Positions 1 to 5,645 of a DNA stretch of 10,013 bases are shown in pieces. The stretch lies in IMG/VR virus record IMGVR_UViG_2740892372_000013, positions 1-10,013 of that record; one strand, written 5' to 3'. Within the stretch, counting starts at the first letter, position 1. Each line of letters opens with the position of its first letter. The notes beneath the pieces are model-generated. The model saw only the letters and a list, made by a program, of their open reading frames with translations, searched no databases and was not told the origin of the DNA. The position numbers and the translations under genes are program-made. Source of the stretch: a virus (lineage: Duplodnaviria > Heunggongvirae > Uroviricota > Caudoviricetes).

Positions 1-85
1 GGTCTTTCCTCGTTACCAGTGCCGTCACTATGACGGTTAAACAGATGACGATCAGGGCGATTAGCATCGCCTTTTGCTGCTTCAT
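1..85 (-). CDS. hokD: Hok/Gef-family type I membrane toxin, 5' part only (first 28 codons; gene runs off the window start)
   Basis: Reverse complement of 1-85 translates from ATG (83-85) as MKQQKAMLIALIVICLTVIVTALVTRKD, the hydrophobic N-terminus typical of Hok/Gef peptides and matching my memory of HokD/RelF. AGGAG lies 9 nt upstream of the ATG. Paralog assignment is from memory; family assignment is firm. Confidence 0.7.
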   Translation of the reverse strand, partial: MKQQKAMLIALIVICLTVIVTALVTRKD

Positions 86-406
86 AGCCTGCTTCTCCTT
101 GCCTTTCGGCACGTAAGAGGCTAACCTACGTGTGTAGAGCATAGATATGGCCTCAGATTAATGTTAAGCGTCTTGCCGGACGCGTAATGTTAACTGGGGC
201 TTTTCTCTATCTGCCTTTTGGTGTTCATGCCTGAGACAGATAGCCTCAAGCACCCGCAGCAATTTTACTTAACTCCCCTTTTCCCACAAATCGTTTTTAT
301 CCCTATTGGTAATGTTCTCCCGATGTGGGATTCCCACATTGGAACGAATTCAATCAGTTAAAGACTCATCAGAATCTCACCTTTCTAAGTGCCCACAGGT
401 GAGGCA

Positions 407-435
407 TTGCAATAAAAATAGCAAACGTGTATAAA
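407..435 (+). promoter_or_regulatory. Candidate sigma70 promoter for the kinase/phosphatase operon
   Basis: TTGCAA (407-412), 17-nt spacer, TATAAA (430-435) preceded by TG. Predicted only by eye against the consensus. Confidence 0.25.
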
Positions 436-495
436 AGGAGGTAATGCATGTTTTTCCAGTCTTATCAATCCATTACTGAGAGTTAAGGGGGCGCC

Positions 496-1290
496 GTGGA
501 TCGGTGCGGTAATTATTTACTTAAAGATGGTCGCAGTTTAGGACAAGGGAGTTTTGGCGAAGTATTTAAGGTTGATGTCTATAACTTAACCCAGACCCAC
601 ATGACCACATATGCTCGCAAATACTTTTCACCTTGCCCGGACTTTGACAAGACCGCTATAAAAGAGTTGACTGATTTAAGACAGCGTTTTTTAGTTGAGA
701 TCAAAACACAATGCACTCTCAATAGAATAAACTATGATTCAATAGCGCCAATAGTTTTATTTAATACAAATGGTGATAAACCTTATTTTGTTATGGAATT
801 GGCAGAGTGTAACTTATATGAAGCCATCCGCAATGGTATGAACTACGCGGAGAGGAAGTCTGCTGTTACTCAGATTTTAAAAGGAATTATCACCATACAT
901 GAAAACAACTATATACATCGTGATTTAAAACCAGGAAACATACTTTATTATGCCGATGGAAAGTATAAAATATCTGATTTTGGTCTAGTAAAAGACAGAG
1001 ATACCTTACGGGCCGAAATCAAAACAAAATTTAAGCCTAATCACATGGGCACAGATGGATATCGAGCGCCCGAAATACATGATAGCGGTCTTTTTTCTTT
1101 TCAAAGTGACATATTTGCAGCAGGTAAAATTATCACTGATATATATCCCACAGAAAGAAGTGAAAAATTAAAAAGATTGATTGCAAAATGTTGCGCACAT
1201 TGGCCTGAAGAACGATATCAAAGCACACGGGAGTTACTGGAAGATTTTTTAAAAGTGACGGGGGAGGTAAATCATGAAGAACATAATTGA
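496..1290 (+). CDS. Eukaryotic-like (Hanks-type) Ser/Thr protein kinase, catalytic domain only, 264 aa
   Basis: GTG start with a GGGGG Shine-Dalgarno. Glycine loop LGQGSFGEV (res 15-23), beta3 lysine in YARK (K42), catalytic loop HRDLKPGN (141-148), DFG (161-163), and activation-loop GTDGYRAPE (APE 191-193). The gene is AT-rich relative to the flanking DNA. Confidence 0.85.
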   Translation: MDRCGNYLLKDGRSLGQGSFGEVFKVDVYNLTQTHMTTYARKYFSPCPDFDKTAIKELTDLRQRFLVEIKTQCTLNRINYDSIAPIVLFNTNGDKPYFVMELAECNLYEAIRNGMNYAERKSAVTQILKGIITIHENNYIHRDLKPGNILYYADGKYKISDFGLVKDRDTLRAEIKTKFKPNHMGTDGYRAPEIHDSGLFSFQSDIFAAGKIITDIYPTERSEKLKRLIAKCCAHWPEERYQSTRELLEDFLKVTGEVNHEEHN

Positions 1291-1990
1291 AATGGCATGT
1301 TTTAGCCTAAAACAACCCCAAAAAAAAGAAAATGAAGACTTTTATTTACCGCCATCTTTTGATAGCGATTTTAACATTGTCTTTGCAGTAGCTGATGGGG
1401 TTGGTTCCTCTGAACATTCAATGCTTGCATCTCATGCAGCCATTCGTGGCATTAGACACACGCTAGGCACTTCCTTTTTCTCAATTGAAAGTGCATTTCA
1501 TTCAGCTAAAAAAGAAATTGACAATTTAGATATTAGCACTGCCACAACCTTAACAATTGTTCAGATCAAAAAAAATGAAGTGTTAATTGGTCATTCCGGT
1601 GATTGCCGAGTATACTTCAATAAAAACAATAAACTAAATCAGTTAACCACTGATCAAACGAGATATCAAGAACTCCTTGATTCTGGTGAACATAAATTAC
1701 GTAATTTAAGAAATCATAAAGAACGGCTATCTTCAGTCCTAACGAATGCTTTATCAAATACAACGGATTTGAATTTTGAGTTAATGTCTTTTCCGATTAG
1801 CCAGCTAATTTATAATGGCTATCTTCAACTCTATGCAATGACTGATGGTGCCTATAAGCATTGGGATGTCAGACCAAGGTTTTCTGAGAAGACAATGCTC
1901 TCACCAACAGCTTTTGCGAGTAGTTTAAGAAAAAGGATTGAGAAAAACATAATGGATGATTACACCTTTATAGGCGTAAAAGTAACCTAA
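1274..1990 (+). CDS. PP2C-family (PPM) Ser/Thr protein phosphatase, 238 aa
   Basis: ATG preceded by GGGGAGGT at 5-nt spacing; overlaps the kinase 3' end by 17 nt. Motifs FAVADGVGS (D41-G44, PP2C motif 1), GHSGDCRVY (GDSR-like, D110), LTTDQT and YAMTDGAYK (D191-G192), in the same order as bacterial PP2C such as PrpC/Stp1. Confidence 0.8.
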   Translation: MKNIIEMACFSLKQPQKKENEDFYLPPSFDSDFNIVFAVADGVGSSEHSMLASHAAIRGIRHTLGTSFFSIESAFHSAKKEIDNLDISTATTLTIVQIKKNEVLIGHSGDCRVYFNKNNKLNQLTTDQTRYQELLDSGEHKLRNLRNHKERLSSVLTNALSNTTDLNFELMSFPISQLIYNGYLQLYAMTDGAYKHWDVRPRFSEKTMLSPTAFASSLRKRIEKNIMDDYTFIGVKVT

Positions 1991-2143
1991 TTTTAGATAT
2001 CCAAGATATTTACTCTAATTTAACCATAGTATTCCCAACCTCTTTTTATTGGGGGTTGGGTTCATTAAAGTCACCATTTTCTATTTCTTTCCCGTTAGAG
2101 GATATATTATTTCCAGATAAAGAAAGCAACTTCTTATGCAACT

Positions 2144-2248
2144 TCATATCACGCCATGCTTCCACCGCGGTAACTCTACATAGTCCATTAACAGTTCATG
2201 CCATTCTTCAAAATTGGCGTTATATTTAGTTGAAGCAAAATCAGCCAT
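2144..2248 (-). pseudogene. Truncated and diverged copy of the 58-aa small ORF (34 codons)
   Basis: MADFASTKYNANFEEWHELLMDYVELPRWKHGVI. The first ~26 codons align with copy B (3570-3746), then homology is lost at the junction with the AT-rich island. Confidence 0.3.
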
Positions 2249-2249
2249 T

Positions 2250-2423
2250 TTATTCTTCCTCTTCGTCTTTTATTTCGTGATATGAGTAATTGCAGTAGTT
2301 AAAGAAAATATCTTTTGCTTCGTCATGTATTTCATCAGGCGTCGCATCATCATCCACTTCGAATTCATCCTCGAAATCTCCACCGGCTATTCCCGTTTCA
2401 ATAATTATTTTGAACTTTCGCAT
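2250..2423 (-). CDS. Small highly acidic protein, copy A (57 aa)
   Basis: MRKFKIIIETGIAGGDFEDEFEVDDDATPDEIHDEAKDIFFNYCNYSYHEIKDEEEE. Differences from copy B are two synonymous changes plus a stop in place of Gln58. Confidence 0.5.
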   Translation of the reverse strand: MRKFKIIIETGIAGGDFEDEFEVDDDATPDEIHDEAKDIFFNYCNYSYHEIKDEEEE

Positions 2424-2470
2424 TTAACTACCGCCCTGCCGGACAGCCTCCTGATGTTCTGAGGGCGCCT

Positions 2471-2480
2471 CCCCCCCCCC
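2471..2480. repeat. Homopolymeric C10 tract (G10 on the coding strand) between ORF118A and acidic ORF A
   Basis: Ten consecutive C; the paralogous position in copy B (3969-3977) has nine. Confidence 0.9.
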
Positions 2481-2519
2481 TCCGGTTAAGGATTAAATTT
2501 TTAACAGAGCTAAATTTAA

Positions 2520-2876
2520 TTATTCAGTTCTGGATTTTGTCGCCCTGCGTATCCGCGCTTTCGCGTTACGCTCAATCTGAATTAGCTTTTCTATATTTTT
2601 TCGCCTTTCCCGCTCCTCCTGACGCAAGAGCCTTACATCATCTGCCAGTCTGGTTTCTCTTTTCGCCACAGAGAGCATCCAGTCAAATGGCTCCACAACT
2701 GCACCGCAGATTTTACAGCGGACCTGACGCTCTTTTTCGTCAACCCGGACAGAGGCGTGATGGCAATATGGTCTTTCCGATGGCTCATAGAGAAAATTAA
2801 CCTGATTACGTGGGTCATCCTCTTTTACCGGAAATAAAACGATATTGCTTAACTCATCTTCTGGTTTTATTTCCAT
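2520..2876 (-). CDS. Hypothetical prophage protein with Cys/His zinc-ribbon-like motif and basic coiled-coil tail, copy A (118 aa)
   Basis: GGAGAGGAG immediately 5' of the ATG. Motif C-H-H...C-x2-C (PYCHHASVRVDEKERQVRCKICG) and an Arg/Lys/Glu-rich C-terminus. Protein is identical to copy B; all 3 nucleotide differences are synonymous third-position changes. Confidence 0.7.
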   Translation of the reverse strand: MEIKPEDELSNIVLFPVKEDDPRNQVNFLYEPSERPYCHHASVRVDEKERQVRCKICGAVVEPFDWMLSVAKRETRLADDVRLLRQEERERRKNIEKLIQIERNAKARIRRATKSRTE

Positions 2877-3573
2877 GCTCCTCTCCTTTGATGCGAATGC
2901 CAGCGGCGCGGATTGCAGCGATGACTTCAGAAACTTTGTATGCCATTACCGTTTGGTAATCATCGTGAAAATCTGTTCGATGAAGCATGCTGCTACGTTC
3001 TGGGAGCGATATTTCCCGTGCTTCCAGTTCTGCAATGCGCTTCTCTGCGGATTCCAACGCCGCAACCAATTCGTCTACAGTTCCGGCAGCTTGCAGTGCG
3101 TAATCGGTAATAGCCATCTCATGATCAATTTCAGTACCGTTCTCATTCGTTGAGGTGATAGCAAAATAATCAGAGTCGATTTCGTTATCAGCTAAGTGGC
3201 GTAGCGTATCGGCAACAAGCCGGCCGTTTTCGATTAGCAGCTTCCCTTCCGTAAGCGCAATCTCCTCGTTCTCCTGGTCGCGTGATTTGATGTATTGCTG
3301 GTTTCTTTCCCGTTCATCCAGTAGTGCCAGCGCAACATTTGGATTAAAGGCAGCAATAAATTCAGCGTTTGCGTAAGCCTGAGCATCTGTTTCAACCAGG
3401 CAGTTAACATGACATTCTGCAATTACGCCACCGGGCTCTCCTTTCCATTTTTGACAAACAAAAACTCCTGTTATATTCCCATGCTGATTGCCCGATGTAT
3501 GCCCTACGATGTAGCATCCTTTAGTTGCTTTCTCTGCTGCTTCACGCAGCGCCTGATAGTCAATCTCGCTCAT
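2854..3573 (-). CDS. Ead/Ea22-like prophage protein (239 aa)
   Basis: N-terminus MSEIDYQALREAAEKAT and the segment DAQAYANAEFIAAFNPNVALALLDE resemble the conserved N-terminal region of Ead/Ea22-like lambdoid proteins (from memory). Central coiled-coil ELVAALESAEKRIAELEAR. Its ATG overlaps the stop of the upstream small ORF (ATGA). Confidence 0.6.
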   Translation of the reverse strand: MSEIDYQALREAAEKATKGCYIVGHTSGNQHGNITGVFVCQKWKGEPGGVIAECHVNCLVETDAQAYANAEFIAAFNPNVALALLDERERNQQYIKSRDQENEEIALTEGKLLIENGRLVADTLRHLADNEIDSDYFAITSTNENGTEIDHEMAITDYALQAAGTVDELVAALESAEKRIAELEAREISLPERSSMLHRTDFHDDYQTVMAYKVSEVIAAIRAAGIRIKGEEHGNKTRR

Positions 3574-3746
3574 TCATCGCCCCACTCATCACAATATGCT
3601 TCGACCGGATTTTTTCCTGCTTCATAATCATCACGCCATGCTTCAGCATCAGCAGCACTGCCACCACGTAACTCTGCATATTCCATTAACAGTTCATGCC
3701 ATTCTTCAAAACTGACGCTGTATTTAGTTGAACCAAAATCAGCCAT
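3570..3746 (-). CDS. Small acidic hypothetical protein (58 aa)
   Basis: MADFGSTKYSVSFEEWHELLMEYAELRGGSAADAEAWRDDYEAGKNPVEAYCDEWGDE. Start overlaps the end of acidic ORF B by 8 nt; stop overlaps the Ead-like ATG. Not in the ORF track (under 60 aa). Confidence 0.4.
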   Translation of the reverse strand: MADFGSTKYSVSFEEWHELLMEYAELRGGSAADAEAWRDDYEAGKNPVEAYCDEWGDE

Positions 3747-3921
3747 TTTGTTCTTCCTCTTCGTCTTTTATTTCGTGATATGAATAATTGCAGTAGTTAA
3801 AGAAAATATCTTTTGCTTCGTCATGTATTTCATCAGGCGTCGCATCATCATCCACTTCGAATTCATCCTCGAAATCTCCACCGGCTATTCCCGTTTCAAT
3901 AATTATTTTAAACTTTCGCAT
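3739..3921 (-). CDS. Small highly acidic protein, copy B (60 aa)
   Basis: ORF track entry; roughly 40 percent Asp/Glu. Conserved with copy A through synonymous-only changes except the C-terminal stop/Gln difference. Confidence 0.55.
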   Translation of the reverse strand: MRKFKIIIETGIAGGDFEDEFEVDDDATPDEIHDEAKDIFFNYCNYSYHEIKDEEEEQNG

Positions 3922-3968
3922 TTAACTACCGCCCTGCCGGACAGCCTCCTGATGTTCTGAGGGCGCCT

Positions 3969-3977
3969 CCCCCCCCC
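3969..3977. repeat. Homopolymeric C9 tract, paralogue of the C10 tract
   Basis: Nine consecutive C at the position equivalent to 2471-2480. Confidence 0.9.
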
Positions 3978-4016
3978 TCCGGTTAAGGATTAAATTTTTA
4001 ACAGAGCTAAATTTAA

Positions 4017-4373
4017 TTATTCAGTTCTGGATTTTGTCGCCCTGCGTATCCGCGCTTTCGCGTTACGCTCAATCTGAATTAGCTTTTCTATATTTTTTCG
4101 CCTTTCCCGCTCCTCCTGACGCAAGAGCCTTACATCATCTGCCAGTCTGGTTTCTCTTTTCGCCACAGAGAGCATCCAGTCAAATGGCTCCACAACTGCA
4201 CCGCAGATTTTACAGCGGACCTGACGCTCTTTTTCGTCAACCCGGACAGAGGCGTGATGGCAATATGGTCTTTCCGATGGCTCATAAAGAAAATTAACCT
4301 GATTACGTGGGTCATCCTCTTTTACCGGAAATAAAACAATATTACTTAACTCATCTTCTGGTTTTATTTCCAT
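4017..4373 (-). CDS. Hypothetical zinc-ribbon-like basic protein, copy B (118 aa; ORF track extends it to a GTG at 4430)
   Basis: Same protein as copy A. The ATG at 4373 has GGAGAGG directly upstream and is the start shared with copy A, so the 19-codon upstream extension is probably not translated. Confidence 0.7.
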   Translation of the reverse strand: MEIKPEDELSNIVLFPVKEDDPRNQVNFLYEPSERPYCHHASVRVDEKERQVRCKICGAVVEPFDWMLSVAKRETRLADDVRLLRQEERERRKNIEKLIQIERNAKARIRRATKSRTE

Positions 4374-4445
4374 GCACCTCTCCTTTGATGCGAATGCCAG
4401 CGGCAATTGAAGCCTGATAGCTAATTTCACTCACAGCACCACCTC

Positions 4446-4826
4446 CTAAAAATTCCCCTGACAGAACGCCAGTACACGCTGCATAACTTCGCTATTTCGG
4501 CACTCACTGCAAATTATGTTCTGATGCCTGTCATAGCGGCGTATTTCTCCGTCTGGTAACTTTCGAATCAATGTCTGGTCGGTTGTTTTCTCCGCTGCCT
4601 TACGCCATACGCGATACACCTGTTCTGATGCAAAAACACCGTATTTACCGGGCATGTATAAATCGCCACAAGCCAGTACATCCACAAGGCAACGTCTGAC
4701 TGAATGCCAGCCTGCTCCCGTCGCTCTCTCCAGTTGTGATATCGTCATGCGTTCATTTTTGCGTACCAGCCCGATAATTCGGGCCTTCAGTTCTTCACGC
4801 TGTTCGTGTGTAAAAGGTTTCGCCAT
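4446..4826 (-). CDS. Hypothetical prophage protein, possible winged-helix fold (126 aa from ATG; track lists a TTG start at 4841)
   Basis: ATG at 4826 preceded by GGAGG at 5-nt spacing. The stop of the upstream gene (4842-4844) lies in this ribosome-binding region, suggesting coupling. Confidence 0.6.
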   Translation of the reverse strand: MAKPFTHEQREELKARIIGLVRKNERMTISQLERATGAGWHSVRRCLVDVLACGDLYMPGKYGVFASEQVYRVWRKAAEKTTDQTLIRKLPDGEIRRYDRHQNIICSECRNSEVMQRVLAFCQGNF

Positions 4827-4841
4827 AAGCGCCTCCGGCAA

Positions 4842-5612
4842 TCACTTTTCCGACACAATACGACCGGATGAATCGACAATCTGCCGAACAATATCCCGGT
4901 GCTTGTTCAGCTCCCGCAGCGCGGCGCAGACACGCTCCCACTTCTGAACCTGACCTTTTGCCCGGCGCAGCTCGCGGTTAGCCACATGCAGCGATGGTAA
5001 AATCAGACCATCCGGATGTTTTCTGGTGAACAACGGCTGTGACTGCACTGTGACCGCCACACTTTCAGTTTTTATTTCTTCCTGTGTTGCGGCTTCCCGG
5101 ACTGGTAACGCAGCACCTGCTGGCTGAGGAAAGGCCTTACCATCATTTTCCGTTACCAGCGCGGCTTTCGGCTCTGCTGGTAAATTATCGCCCGGCATGC
5201 AGTAACGAAATCTACCGTTCTGATTAACGCGTGCCAGCCGCCCCGTTGCGGTTACCACCGCCAGCGTGGAAGCAACCTTGCGAGTACTGACACCGAACTT
5301 ACCCGCTATTTCTTCACAGGTTTTAGCCCCCTCCTGAGCGATAAACTCAATCATCATGTTAGCGCTAACTTTTGGAGCGACCTCTTCGGTCAGCATATCC
5401 TGTGTTTCAGATTTTACTGGCCGCTCTTCGGTTACCCGGGATTCACCTTCGACAGCCAGAAACCAGGTGTGACCCGTTTTATCAACAACGCCATTTTTTT
5501 TGAGCTCCCACAGTTCGTTGAGAACTTCTTCACGGCTGATATCAATTCGTGCCGCCAGTTCAACAGAATTGGCTTTACCCATCGCTTTCAGTGCATGCAA
5601 TACGGTTTCCAT
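4842..5612 (-). CDS. Hypothetical prophage protein with two predicted helix-turn-helix / winged-helix segments (256 aa)
   Basis: GGAGGA upstream of the ATG. Segments NSVELAARIDISREEVLNELWELKKNGVV and KTCEEIAGKFGVSTRKVASTLAVVTATG look like DNA-binding HTH. No family recognised with confidence. Confidence 0.65.
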   Translation of the reverse strand: METVLHALKAMGKANSVELAARIDISREEVLNELWELKKNGVVDKTGHTWFLAVEGESRVTEERPVKSETQDMLTEEVAPKVSANMMIEFIAQEGAKTCEEIAGKFGVSTRKVASTLAVVTATGRLARVNQNGRFRYCMPGDNLPAEPKAALVTENDGKAFPQPAGAALPVREAATQEEIKTESVAVTVQSQPLFTRKHPDGLILPSLHVANRELRRAKGQVQKWERVCAALRELNKHRDIVRQIVDSSGRIVSEK

Positions 5613-5645
5613 TAAAACTTCCTCCGGATAAAAATACTTCTCAAA

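Larger units (their letters stand above)
2140..2907. repeat. Direct repeat copy A (~770 bp) of the ORF118 / acidic-ORF module
   Basis: Near-identical to 3625-4404 (offset 1497-1498). Core differences are a few substitutions and a C10 versus C9 tract; the left ~100 bp is more diverged with indels. Confidence 0.9.
3625..4404. repeat. Direct repeat copy B of the ORF118 / acidic-ORF module
   Basis: See copy A (2140-2907). Confidence 0.9.

Noticed and set aside
2034-2060. Hairpin CCCAACC-(13 nt)-GGTTGGG downstream of the phosphatase as an intrinsic terminator
   Set aside because: The loop is large and no U-rich tract follows the stem on either strand. It may still be a structural element but cannot be called a terminator.
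2537-2818. ORF-track entries 2537-2800 (+, 87 aa) and 2633-2818 (-, 61 aa), with paralogues 4034-4297 and 4130-4315, lying inside the 118-aa gene
   Set aside because: They are antisense or out of frame within a gene that has a strong ribosome-binding site. The substitutions between repeat copies are synonymous in the 118-aa frame but change residues in these ORFs (R/K, S/F), so they are not the selected frames.
2845-3627. ORFs 2845-3153 (+), 3234-3422 (-) and 3409-3627 (+) within the Ead/Ea22-like gene
   Set aside because: Nested or antisense to a longer ORF with recognisable family features; no ribosome-binding sites; low-complexity translations.
4374-4430. N-terminal extension of copy B of the 118-aa protein to a GTG at 4430 (137-aa version)
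   Set aside because: The internal ATG at 4373 has GGAGAGG immediately upstream and is the start shared with copy A. In copy A the equivalent upstream sequence is occupied by the end of the Ead-like gene in another frame.
4654-4947. Plus-strand 97-aa ORF antisense to the 126-aa and 256-aa genes
   Set aside because: Antisense to two well-supported coupled genes; Ser/Arg-rich translation typical of a spurious frame.
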